A stretch of 63,735 nt of DNA, filler included, from Basidiobolus meristosporus CBS 931.73 (lineage: Eukaryota > Fungi > Basidiobolomycota), in the NCBI GenBank assembly GCA_002104905.1. It is 3 parts of 3 records of this genome, joined end to end, with 100 filler letters (N's around TTAATTAATTAA, not from the genome) between each part and the next. Parts side by side here need not be neighbours in the genome. Positions count along the whole stretch, not along the records: positions 1 to 25,978 come from MCFE01000922.1; 2 more parts are not named here. One strand, written 5' to 3'. Both the position numbers and the translations under genes were made by a program. Below, piece by piece: positions 1-11,953 of this stretch. The notes beneath the pieces are model-generated. The model did no database searches. It was not told the DNA's origin and was given only the letters and a program-made list of their open reading frames with translations. The first letter of the stretch is position 1. Each line of letters starts with the position of its first letter.

Positions 1-19
1 ATTACTTCTACAAGTAGAG

Positions 20-260
20 GTATTTCAGCTATATCTTTCATATTTGGTATTTAAGGCAAAGCTAGGCAAGGCTGGATTCCAGGCAAGTCTATTTTTTCAA
101 GACCTGTGGTTATTAGACTGAGGAACTTATAAGGGGTAATAGGACTATTCAGACTTTTGGCAGTCCCATTGCTAGAAGGTAATGTAAAGTTCAACTGTTG
201 CTGCAATGTGGTGCAAGAATCTAGAGGCTATTGGGTGTGAATTGGAGAGCCAGCAGAGCT
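20..260 (-). pseudogene. Degenerate retrotransposon integrase remnant (gypsy-like)
   Basis: Minus-strand fragments PSSNGTAKSLN (cf. HPQSNGxxERxN) and WNPALPSFALNT (cf. WDxxLPxxxFAxNT), with stops and frameshifts; CpG-poor. Confidence 0.3.
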
Positions 261-999
261 GCATGATATTCATTTGCTGCTTCATCAAGGTTGAGTAAGG
301 TACTTATACTTTTGGGAGAACTTTGTAGAGCTAATAGTAAGAATTCTGCGCATATGGTCTCTGTAAGCTACATGCAAAGTGTGGGAGCTTCTTGACAAGT
401 TGTGTATTATTGATTACTTCAACACCTTTGCAAACTCTATGAATCAGCTAATAGGTTGTGCACCCAGTCATCAAATCAAGTATAGTAGAGTCTTTTGCCA
501 TATACATGGTTTAGGTGTAGACTAAGCATTTACAATATGGAAATGAGGCAGAGTAAGTGTTCCAAGGCAAAGATGTCAATGGCAGGGTACCCCAACAATG
601 TTATAGTAATGGACCAGGCAGCACAAATACACAAGCAGGTTATGAGTTAGTGGCTATGGCTTATAATATCAAGCTACAGTATATGCAATATAGGCTGTCA
701 TATTGTACTCCTTTGTATTTAGCAATGATACAGAGTGTTATATAATCTGTCAACAGGTGATCTAAGTCTTGGAAGGAAGTTATTTAAGCTTTTGGCTTGG
801 AGGATGATACTTGCACAAAACTAAGGACCAAGATGTGGCATGAATATGCTTTCATCACTGAAATTCTCTATCCATACACTTTCCTGTGGGTTGACACCCT
901 ACAGAAGGAGCCAAGCAGTGGCCAGCAGAACACCAAGTTTCCATAGACTTACAACACTAAATATTCTGGGTTCTAGCAATTTGCAGACAAAAAATATCT

Positions 1000-1640
1000 A
1001 TGTTCCGTAAGTTTTGGAGATGTGCAGAAGACTCTGAAACTGTGATTGAGCCTGAATTAGTGCCCTGGAATATCCCAGAAGTGATCACATCAGTATTTCA
1101 AGGCAAGAAACCCAACCAGACCAGATATAGACCAAATTACTATATAAATGAGGGTAAAAACTTAGCCTCTACTTATTCAGTCCATATCAATGAGCCCCAG
1201 ACTATAAAAGAGGCCCAAAATAGCACCCAGACAAGGATTTGGAGATCTGCAATGACTGGGCAGTATCAGATCCTGATGGAAACTCATACTTGGCACTTTG
1301 TCAAATTTCCAATCAACCAAAATTTGTTGATGCAGTTGAGTCTTTGAGACCAAATTCAGTACTATGGTACTATTGAGAGATACAAAGCAAGACTTGGGGC
1401 CAAATGATACTCTCAAATAAATGGACTAGACTATACTGAGACTTTTACACTTGTAGCCAAGTTTAATCCCATCAGACTAATAGTGACTATTGTGGCCAAA
1501 TAGAAGTTTGTTACCCATTGTATGGGTATAAAAACTACATTCTTGAATGAGGAACTTAATGTGAGCATATACATGCACCAGCCTGATGGGTTTGCTGACT
1601 AAGAAATCCCCTGTTTGGTCTACAAGCCTGAAAAACTTGG
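1000..1640 (+). pseudogene. Ty1/copia reverse transcriptase remnant
   Basis: EPQTIKEA...WRSAM...THTW (copia pre-RT motif) followed by KARL, GLDYTETF and FLNEELNVSIYMHQPDGF, broken by stops and frameshifts. Confidence 0.8.
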
Positions 1641-3483
1641 GCCAAGTCAAGGTATTGTCATTTACACCTGATCCAGATTATTTATATTTCCTGGCACTGG
1701 GGCCCATACAACATGGCCAAAAAAAGCTTTTGGTCAACTCAGAGCTGTAGTGGCCTGCTCCCACTTGACCCACATTTGCCTAGTGATTCAGATCCACAAA
1801 AATGATCTAGAATAATCATTTTTGACTTCCTTAAGTTGCAACAGCTTTCTTGGGATGGATTACTTTAAATATAGTAGACTCAAAGTTCAATTGCTTCTAG
1901 ATTTACCCAGTGTGGTATCAGACAATACCATAGGTCTTTTGATAGCAATTCTTAGAGTGCTACTATTGCTCTGGACTAATAGAAATGTTTTTACCTTATC
2001 AGAATACACTTGAAGAACAGAGATTGGCACTTTTCCACCTGTTAGACTCACCTCAAAAAGGGCTTTGATTATCCATATTCTAAGCTTTGAGTGCTCAAGC
2101 ATCAAGGTGTTTCTTTCATGCATGGTGTTTTCAAGCTGTTGAGTCAGTTCTTCCTGATTTCTTTAGGCCTTTTCCAGCATGGAAAGATATGGATTGCCTA
2201 TTACTGAGGACATCTTTTAAAGCAGTTGAACATAATGGAATTCAATAAAAAAACATGCTGTATTCAAGAGAAAAGTGTAATAAAGCTCTTGAATGAGTTA
2301 ACTGTGTTGTAAGAGTCTTGGAGATATTGGAAGTGATTGGGAGAACAAGTAGATTATGTAGTTTTCACTTAATGATTTATTGAATGTAAAAGTAGTATTT
2401 ATACTTTTACCTAGTCTTGGCATTACAAGCAAGTAGAGTAGGTTAAGGAAGGTCCCAAGAGCATGTGTGCAAAGTTTGGGGCTGTTTGGACAACTTTGAG
2501 AATTTTCATGTTCTGGGTACCTGGTATTTTGGTGAAAATATTCTAAGTAAATCCCAACAAGGAATTTGGTCAGTATTCTCTAGGATTTGAGGGTAATGAT
2601 CTAAGTGACTAAGTTAGGTGAATATTTAGGTGGAATTACAAATTTTTACAACACTCCCACTCAGCTAAATGTTCATACTGACTAGTCCTAATTTTGACCT
2701 CAGACATTCAAACTTGTCTCTAGCTAATGGTTTGGTAAATATGTCTGCAATCATTTCATCTGTAAGAAAGTAAACTAAGCTAACTAAGCTATTCTCTATA
2801 GCTTCATGTGTGAAATTATGTCTAATATCTATGTGCTTGGTTCTAGCATAAAAAGTTGGATTTCTACCTAATTGTATACATCCTTGATTATCTTGAAATA
2901 AAGTGATAGGCGTTTTTTGACATAGGCCTAAATCTGTAAACAGCTTTCTTAACCACATTGCTTCATTTGTAGCTTCACAGGCTGCCATATACTCTGCCTC
3001 TGTGGTGGAAAGTGCTATGGTTGGTTGCTTTCTTGAATACCATGAAATTGCTCCTTTACAGCAAGCATAGATGTATCCCGTGGTGGATCTTCTCTCTTGC
3101 AAATCTTGTCCCCAATCAGCATCAGAGTACCCCACAACATCCCAAATATTCTTAGATGTTCTGCACTTGGTCTGTAGCCATACAGTGCTTCAAATGGAGT
3201 AGAATCACAAAGTATTCTGTTATAACTCCTATTTTTAAGGTATACAGCAGTGGCAACTGATTCCGCCCAAAAATCATAGGATAATTTTTGATCATGGATC
3301 ATAGATCTTGCCATATCAATTATTGATCTGTTAGCTTGTTCTGCTACTCCATTTTGCTGTGGGGAGTATGGTACAGTAGTCTCTTGCCTTATCCCATGAA
3401 TTTTGCAGAAGTGGATGAAGAGTTTTGAGGTATATTCTCCACCATTGTCAGAGCGTATTTTCTTGATTTTTTCACCAGTTTCT

Positions 3484-4654
3484 GTTGTGTTGCATTATGA
3501 TTAGTTTGGGGCTTGTTCTACAATGTAGAGGCTAATCAACAATATACAACAACTTCCAGTATGCTAATACTGAAATAGTTTATTGGGAGTTTAATATACC
3601 AATAGAAGATATAACTTTCACTAATTTCCTCAATCTTAGGCTCAAAATATACTGTAGGCAGTGTTTATCACTTCTACAGCAGTGTTCTGACCTTCTGTCA
3701 ACTAATGGGCTTATTCACTTTTATAGTAACTTTTCCTTATTTGGAAGTAATTTTCCTTTCTGAGCAAATATTTCCTAATATGGAAATTAGGAACTCCCCT
3801 TTAACCTAAAGGGGTGTGTTGTAGAAGTCTCTAAAGGGGTGTCTTTAGAGTAAAGGGGCTTCTTGTAGTGGTCTCTGAAGTGGACTTTACACTAAAGGGG
3901 TGCCTAAGGGGGCTTCTTTAGAGTAAAGGGGTTTCTTAAAGGGGTCTCTAAAGGGGTCTTTAGACTAAAGGGGTGTCTAAAGGGGTGTCTTTAGAGTAAA
4001 GGGGTTTCTTAGAGGGGACTTTTCCGACAGAAAAGTGGTAGTTTCTTGTAGAACTTAGATTGGATTCTTGTGAGCTTTGCAGTCTCTTTACTGATGTAGT
4101 ACCAATCAAAGTCAGAATACTCAACAGTGCAAGTGATGCAGGGGAAGTCTTATAACCTTTAAACTTGTAATTGTAGTGTGGAGATTCTGGAAAGAGAGGC
4201 TCTCTCTTTATTTTTCAGCTGGGGAAGTCATATATATGAAAATTTTGAAGGATCAAAGTTTTTGGGCAATTGCGCAAGCAATACACATGATACAAAGCTA
4301 AAATTTTGCAGTGGCACAGATCGGACATAGGCGCAGCACCTGTGAAAATTTCACATGATGTGATTGGCTGGTTCAAAAGTTAAACACAATAAGGTATAGT
4401 ATATATAATACTTGGACTCTTTTGGTCATAACTCCTTAAGTACTGCTTTAAATGAGCTGTAATTTGAAACATGTGTTGGCTACTATGTGTTCTGTATGAC
4501 ATAATATTCTTGAGTGAATTGCTTGTCAGGGTCTGGAGCATTTGTTCATCAAAGTTGGAAATTCTTGATCTTTCACTTGTGTGTTAAAATAGCAAAAAGC
4601 AAAATAAAGAAATGAGTGCAATATTGGTTTAGAGATATTGTAGTAATGGAATAC
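3484..4654. mobile_element. 1.17-kb unclassified insertion inside the copia integrase
   Basis: Flanked by the 14-bp direct repeat TTTCACCAGTTTCT (3470-3483, 4655-4668); removing it rejoins MVERETGE to KIKKIRSDNGGEY. Confidence 0.75.
3807..4017 (+). repeat. Degenerate tandem repeat of TAAAGGGG-containing units
   Basis: About 12 GGGG tracts, mostly TAAAGGGG, at roughly 12-20 nt spacing with one longer gap. Confidence 0.9.
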
Positions 4655-7297
4655 TTTCACCAGTTTCTCTCTCCACCATGGCTTTAAACTCCCTGAGCTT
4701 AGACAGAGCTTCTTCCTTTCTCTCCATGAAGTAGACCCATGTGTATCTTGTATAATCATCAATAAAAGTGATTGAATACTTCATCCCGCCTAAGGATAAA
4801 TTTTGCATAGGTCCACACAGATCTGAGTGAATTAGATCTAATTTTTTCGTAGTTTTGATTAACCCAGAGCTCTTGAACCGTTGTCTGGCTTGTTTCCCAT
4901 ATATGCAGGCTTCACAGTGCTCCAAATTAGCTGGGGTATCAATTTTCACTCCAGAAATTAGCTGATCTTTGATCATTTTGCGCAAATAATCAAAATTGAT
5001 GTGTCCATATCTCCTATGCCAAAGCATTGGTGTTTCTTCATTTAAGTTACTTATATTAGCTTCCAAATATGATGGAATATAAGTCAACTTGTATAGATTC
5101 TGATCTCTGATGCCCAAAGCAATATGGGCACCATTTTGATCAGTGATTCTGCATCCAGAATTATCCAAACTGAACCTGAGTCCTTCTGCTGTGGCCTTGC
5201 TTACAGAGAGTAGGTTCTTGGCTATTTCTGGTACATAGGGTACTTCTTTAAAGGTCCGTGAATAGCTTCCTTCACTGCTTCTTAGGTTTACTTGGATAGT
5301 TCCTTCTCCCACTGCATCAAGTGTTCTATTGTCACCCATGAAAACCTTCTTAATTGGAATTTCTTGATAGTGGGTAAAAAGTTCTTTTTGGTGTGTAAAG
5401 TGTTGAGAAGCTCCAGAGTCAATATACCACGTCTGAGAATCCTTGTTTGTGGTCATATTTAGTGCAGATATGAATAGTCTATCTTCAGTTGTTGCAGCAT
5501 TTCCATATTCAGGCTTCATTTGCTGATAATCTCTCTTTTTGAGACACCGGTCTGATGTGTGTCCTTTCCTTTTGCAGTAGTTGCAAAATAGATTGCTGTT
5601 GCCTTTTTAGGGGCTTGGGTACCTCCTTTGTTGGTTATCATTGCTTATTAAAGCATTTTCTTCTTCATTCTTATTAGTGCTTGATTTTCTTAATTCTTCA
5701 TCCAGGAGCCTTCCATATACATAATTTAAGGTCAAATCTTCAGTTCTGGACTCTAGGGCTGATACAAGGTCCTGCAACTTGTCTGTCAGGCTTTTCAGCA
5801 TGGTAACTATCACATCCTCATCAGTAGTTGGTATGCCACAGATTCCATCTCATCTACCAGCAGGGTAATTCTGTTAATTAGATTTTCATTTCTTCTCCTG
5901 GCAGCATCTTTGTAGTAAAGAATTTTTGTCTCAGATACATTCTCTTGGCAGCTGAACATGACTGGTAGGTGTCTTCTAATGCCTTCCAGGCATTCTTTGC
6001 TGTTTTTGCTCTTGAGCATTGAATTAGCAATTTGTCCTTGACATTAAGGCAAATGCAGTTAAAGGCACTTTGTTCTTTCTTCTGGTACTTTAAGGCTTCC
6101 TCTCCCACATTTTTAGGAGGGCATTCTTCTCCCATGACAATATCCCAAAGCCCTCTTTCTTGTAGCAGCATCTTCATCTTCACCTTCCACACTTGGTAGT
6201 TAGATCCATCCAACTTTTCAGCAGAGGGAAAAATTCCAGTAATAGCAGTAGTAGACATTGCAGAGAGTGACAGCTTGGGGCTCATAACCTGTTGTAAGAG
6301 TCTTGGAGATATTGGAAGTGATTGGGAGTACAAGTAGATTATGTGGTTTTCACTTAATGATTTATTGAATGTAAAAGTAGTATTTATACTTTTACCTGGT
6401 CTTGGCATTACAAACACGTAGAATAGGTTAAGAAAGGTCCCAAGAACATGTGTGCAAGTTTGGGGCTGTTTGGACAACTTTGAGAATTTTCATGTTCTGG
6501 GTAACTGGTATTTTGGTGAAAATATTCTAAGTAAATCCCAACAAGGAATTTGGTCAGTATTCTCTAGGATTTGAGGGTAATGATCTAAGTGACTAAGTTA
6601 GGTGAATATTTAGGTGGAATTACAAATTTTTACAACAAACTGAACCTAAGTGACAACTAAGTGCAGAATCTTAGAATTGTCAAGAGTGACAAGAATATTT
6701 GCAGAGATTCTGGTCTAATATTGGCTTTGTATATGGCTGGGTTTGGTTATACAGGTAACAGAGTTGGTTTGCCATGCAGACTAGGCTTGGTGCTCTAGGG
6801 AGTTTTAGATATGCTAGGGTTGGGTAGAACTAGAACAGAATTGTCAAATTCTTAATTTTGTTGAGACACCCACTAAGCCAAAAGGCTCAGTAAACTTCAT
6901 TTATATTTTTCCTATCAAGTTGAACTAGTAAGCACCAAGAGACTGGATTAATTGAAATCAGTTTTGGGGTTGATAGGTGCATAAGATATGTGAAAATTGC
7001 ATCATCAATCAGCTGATGTCTGGGCAACTGCTAAGTGGTTATATAGATCTCAGATGACTCATCACCTGGAAAGGCCTAGCAGATTGGTTGAGGTTGTAAT
7101 GACCACATGAAAACTGATCCAGTACAATGGCTAAATTAGACTCTGAGAAGTGATAAAATGAACTATAACTGGGATCAGCTATTTATGGGCTGGGGAAAGT
7201 TAGTTAGGATCCTAGATTTCCTAATGGAGTAAAATTGGCTAAGCTTGAGTGTTGAAGCATAACAGTATGTGTAAGATTTACCACAATATGCATGAGG

Positions 7298-7647
7298 TGT
7301 TGTAATAATTTGCAATTCCACCTAGATATTCACCTAGCTTAGTCACTAAGATCATTACCTTCAAGTTCAAGAGTGTACTGACCAAATTCCTTGTTTGGAT
7401 TAACTTTCAATATTATCACCAAAATATCAGGCACCCAGAACATTGAAATTCTCAAGGTTGTCCAAATAGCCCCAAACTTTGGACACATGTTCTTGAGCCC
7501 TTCCTAAACCTATTATTCATGTTTTTTTATGTCAAGACCATGTAAATGTATAAATACTACTTTTACATTCAATAAATCATTTAGTGACAACCACACAAAA
7601 TACTGGTTCTCCCAATCACTTCCAATATCTCCAAGACTCTTAAAACA
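7298..7647 (+). mobile_element. Copia-family solo LTR
   Basis: Homologous to 2305-2653 in opposite orientation; flanks TGAGG/AGAGG (4 of 5 TSD match). Confidence 0.9.
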
Positions 7648-7922
7648 AGAGGATACTGGGCTGAACAGTCATCATATCAGATTTAGTGATAAACTACACA
7701 TTACTTCCACAATTACTCATGGCCAAAGTATGAAAGCAAAAAACTACTGGAATACAAGCAGAGCACTATAGATTACTAACCGCAAATCATTTGAGCTTTG
7801 AGTTTCATTTATCTGAGGGCTAATAATAAGTATACCTTTATGTATTATACTTTGCATGTATTGCTCAAACTGATCAGTTTTCACTGAAGCCACTTTTATA
7901 TTGAATGATTTTACTTACCTTA

Positions 7923-8267
7923 TGCTGTAAGAGTCATGGAGATACTGAAAGTGATTGGGAGAGCAAGTATTCTATGTGGCTTTCACAAATGACTTATTGA
8001 ATGTAAAAGTAGTATTTATCCTTTATGTAGTCTTGGCAGAACAAACAAATGAATATGTTTAAGAAGACCCCAAGAACATGTATGCAAAGTTTGGGGTTGC
8101 TTGGACAACTTATCAAATCTTTGCACTCTGAGTACCCAATGTTTTAGTGAAAATATTCTAAGTAAACCCTAAAAAGGAATTGATCAGTGTTCTCTATGAT
8201 TTTCAGGTAGTGATATAAGTGACTAAGTTAGGTAAGTATTTAGCTGGAAATACAAACTCTTACATCA
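7923..8267 (-). mobile_element. Copia-family solo LTR, older
   Basis: Diverged homologue of the same LTR; flanks CCTTA/GCTTA. Confidence 0.85.
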
Positions 8268-9652
8268 GCTTATTGCTGAAATATGTGTTATCTGTTAAAG
8301 GTTACTGTGTGAAGTAGCAAACAGCTAAATTTGTGATGACCCGCATCTTATTATGATATACTTATCTGTCCAAAGCCCTTAAGTTTGCACACCACCTCAT
8401 AGGCTATTTCTTGGGCTATTCTGTTCCGTAATCCTACAAAGCACCACCAATACCATAGATTCTCTACCAAGCTCAATTAAATAATAAATGGATATCATTA
8501 GGTGCTTCCAGTTTTCTGGGTCAGGCTTGGCTCTCCCAAGCATCTTCAGTCTATGTTTTGCTCACCAGGTCTCTATTGCCTCAACCTTGCCTAAAAGACT
8601 GATTGACTCAACCTGTTGATGTTGTGCCCAGTCAACTAATACCTAAGCCACCTATATAATATAACATTCTACCTGACCAATTGCTGAGTTACGTGTTACT
8701 TAGCTAAAATTCAGTGTATAAGATATTAGCTAATTGTCAAAATAGTAAATGTCTGAAAGTTGTCAGTATTTTCAAGCTTGTCCATAAGCCCCTAAACATT
8801 GCACACAGCTTCCTGGTACCTTCTTTAAGACACAAATATTGATAGTCATGCAACATTCCCTCCAAAATATAAGTACTTTACTTGAACTCAAGAGAATAGC
8901 AAGTGAATATCAAGCAATCTTCCAATTCTCCAGATCACTTCCAATACTCCGTAGAACCTGTTGACATTGTTATTAATGCTTATATATGATACAAGTAATT
9001 CACTACGTACTTTGATATTTGTCTGCAAATCAAGAATCATTTTATGGTGATAGGTTGGGATTACTTGCAATGATGGAGATACCCAAAATACAAGAGTTTT
9101 TGTGATTTACAAAAAAAATTAATTACATTTTACTACTCAATATCACCGCTTCATAATTTCTGGTATCCAATATAACTATATAACGCTTACATCATTACAA
9201 GCATTCATCAGTACCCAGTCCTGCAAATAAGCATGAAGCTGACAAAATGACAGGAACTTATCTGAGATTATGATCAGGCTCAGCCCTCTCAGCATTTATA
9301 ATACTCAACACACAGATTAATGACCAAAGTGTTGGAGGTTAACCTGATCAATGCACAAAATCTTTGGAAGACGCTCAATGTGGAAACAGCTTGGCCAATA
9401 CACTTGAGAAGTGAGCAAAACCTATGAAAGATCATCATTTTGTGAATAGCTTTTATATAGTAGACCCCCGCATGATTTCGGGATACAATTGAGATAAACA
9501 TACACAATTAGCGGGCAGCCTGTTGACATACATGAAAGAGCTTCCTTGTCGCTATTTTGGCCAAAAATCAGCAGAATTTGATACTCCAAACAATTTACAA
9601 GAGGAAGGCGGTATTTTATTTAACAAACAATTAATACAGTATCCAAAGCAGC

Positions 9653-10447
9653 CTAGTATTCGATATTACACTGATCATAGGGGAAACGGGCATGTTCCTT
9701 GATATTGTTGTTGTAAGGGTTATCAAGAGGCCCGTTGATGGACATCCAAACGCCATTGTGTTCCTTGTTGTAACCAGCACCCCAGCTGAGGAAACCAACC
9801 TCATGTCTATAACGAGGCTTTGTGTAGTTAATAGTGGTTCCAAGGCAGGGGTAGCAGAAGTCATCCCCTTCAACACGATAGCATTGTGAGCTGTAGAGTC
9901 CAGTGCGGGGTTGAGATTTATCGCCTAACCAGTTCTCAAGGAATTGGTAAAAGTAACCAAGGCCGTTGTCTTTTGGGCTGGAGACTCGTAGCACACCAAG
10001 CTTTTCCCACTGGTCAGTGATCTTTACCGAACCGGTGTATACGTTATAATCGCCATCACGGTGATAATCAACCTTGAAACGATACTTGTGGCCATCAACC
10101 CAAGGATAGACCAACCAAATATGGCGGCCGGTGCCTTCATGTGCGAATCCGCTACTCTCACACTTCTCACAGATCTCGACGACTTCAGCGTCCTGCTCGC
10201 CATCCCACAAGGAAAACAAAAAGCGTCTGTCTTTGTTGCCTACTTGCATACCAAGGTAGCCGTTATCCCATCCGGTAGCCATGTAGAAGGTGATATCGGG
10301 TGAATATCCTGGCACCGCTGCGACATCGGTCTCAAAGCTGGTATACTTATGGCCGTGCTCCAAGTAGGGGAGGCTATGAATGGCCACTAGAAGAGCCTGA
10401 AGAGGGAAGAGCGCTATAATTGAAAAAGCGTAGTATACGGCCTTCAT
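9653..10447 (-). CDS. Secreted DUF3472-like protein, intronless, 264 aa
   Basis: ATG 10447 gives signal peptide MKAVYYAFSIIALFPLQALLVA; motifs YMATGWDNGYLGMQV, RRFLFSLWD, GFAHEGTG, YPWVDGHKYRF and FYQFLENW match my recollection of DUF3472. Confidence 0.75.
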   Translation of the reverse strand: MKAVYYAFSIIALFPLQALLVAIHSLPYLEHGHKYTSFETDVAAVPGYSPDITFYMATGWDNGYLGMQVGNKDRRFLFSLWDGEQDAEVVEICEKCESSGFAHEGTGRHIWLVYPWVDGHKYRFKVDYHRDGDYNVYTGSVKITDQWEKLGVLRVSSPKDNGLGYFYQFLENWLGDKSQPRTGLYSSQCYRVEGDDFCYPCLGTTINYTKPRYRHEVGFLSWGAGYNKEHNGVWMSINGPLDNPYNNNIKEHARFPYDQCNIEY

Positions 10448-11449
10448 TTTGCCAGCGAAGTATTCTCCGAGTAGACCAAGAGTAAGATTGCTGTCGAAAT
10501 GCAAGACACCACAGGCCTTTTAATATCACTCAAGCCAACTGTGGCAACCGGCAAGGGTGGTCCAACTGCCAATCTCGAAGCTCAATTTGGCTTATCTCGC
10601 ATTGATATCCCAGTCCCATTGAGACAGATATCTACAGAAGATTGAACCAGCATGAAGCAGAAATTTCCTGAAATAATGCTAAGCAAGATCACGTTTCCAT
10701 TGCCCTAACTGGTGGAAAAATACTGAAAACAGTCAGTAAACAGGCGAAGTTATAGGGCATGTACGCATTTGTTGATATACCATTCTTTGCCTGACTGGTT
10801 GACAATTATCACCTATTCTGGATGCTATTCCCATTCTTTACCGTTCATCTCATTATGGCGATTGCGATGGATTTACTGGTCCGCTACGCTGACTGATTTA
10901 GGACAATTACCTAGTATGTACCTGCACCAATCCCAGACTTAGCATTGCGAACATCAATTAGATTGACTATTCGGTGCTACTGCTTCGGCTGATTACATTG
11001 CCATACGCTCAGCATTATCGTATCAAGATAGCCGGAACTCATCGCATCTAGATGGCATCGTAAAAATCTAGCCTCACCTCCTCTCCATTTATCCAGAAAA
11101 ACATTCAGTCAATACGCATATGGATCAACTACAGTCGGCTCCCTGCTCCAAGTCTCTACCCGTTCCAAAACATCGCAGGTTACTTCATGGCAAATACTTG
11201 TTTCTGGCTTAATACTCTTTAATCACTTCGTTTTCATAAGCCTTGGAACGGCCAGTAGTCGAATGTTGTACTTGTTGCAGTATCAAAAATCACTGGACAT
11301 TTGTAGTAGTTTTATTTAGGAAATGACATGTCGGAGATTTACATTTGATATTCATTACTATTTGGACTACCGGGTGTAACCTTCGATCAATGAATCACAC
11401 GCTGTAGAAGGCTTGCACCTCTCTAGAACCAAGAGCAGGAAACAAGCAA

Positions 11450-11953
11450 CTAGGCCCTCTGATGCTTACGGGTGGGCTTTTTTGGTACGGGAACTTTGCA
11501 TGTTTTGGGCTTCGACAAAGAAGCTGCGGTTTTACAGGTAATGTAACCATCACTTTCCTTCACACATAGTAAGCCAGATGGACATTTGAATGTATATAGT
11601 TGGTCGGCCATACAGTACTTGTATTCTGCAGACTTTCCAGAGTCAACACAAGCTGGCGCGGTATTATCACAGGGTCCCTCAGATAGATTTCCGGATGCTT
11701 GTTGGGCTGCGGATGCTACTATGGTTCCAGCAATGGAGCATGAGATTTCGCCACCGGGCTGATCATAGCAGAAGGTTGCGGAGGGGCACTTTTGGGTGAC
11801 CAGTTGACCATTGAGGCAATAGGCGTATTCGGGGGATTTCCCGGAGTCTTTACAGCCTGATAGGTCATTTTCGCAGGATGCCGCTTCTTGCGGGTACGCT
11901 GCTACTACAGCAGTGCAAGCAATGAGAGTCAATACCTTGGAGATATGCAGCAT
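11450..11953 (-). CDS. Secreted protein with two CBM19-like (chitin-binding type) modules
   Basis: Signal peptide MLHISKVLTLIACTAVVAA; two 6-Cys modules (CENDLSGC...YC.NG....QKCPSATFC...C and CDNTAPAC...YC...FKCPSGLLC...C); basic tail; intronless. Confidence 0.75.
   Translation of the reverse strand: MLHISKVLTLIACTAVVAAYPQEAASCENDLSGCKDSGKSPEYAYCLNGQLVTQKCPSATFCYDQPGGEISCSIAGTIVASAAQQASGNLSEGPCDNTAPACVDSGKSAEYKYCMADQLYTFKCPSGLLCVKESDGYITCKTAASLSKPKTCKVPVPKKPTRKHQRA

Larger units (their letters stand above)
2305..6637 (-). mobile_element. Ty1/copia LTR retrotransposon, RT deleted, non-autonomous
   Basis: LTRs 2305-2653 and 6290-6637 (TGTTG...CAACA; 9 substitutions and 1 indel by eye). Perfect 5-bp TSD AACTG (2300-2304, 6638-6642). 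PBS at 6278-6289 and PPT (GAGTGGGAG) next to the 3' LTR. Gag from ATG 6258 with CNYCKRKGHTSDRC knuckle, protease WYIDSGASQH, GAG-pre-integrase, integrase (IHSDLCGP, SDNGGEY, QQNGVAE), RNase H (GYSDADW...TKHIDIRH). Several frameshifts. Confidence 0.95.
2256..7264 (-). mobile_element. Chromovirus LTR (2256-2304 plus 6643-7264) split by a copia insertion
   Basis: The two parts join into a sequence collinear with the intact LTR at 49598-50274; degenerate TG...CA ends; no TSD recognised. Confidence 0.8.

Noticed and set aside
3807-4017. CRISPR-like or telomeric array
   Set aside because: No unique spacers of constant length, eukaryotic context, irregular units, interstitial position.
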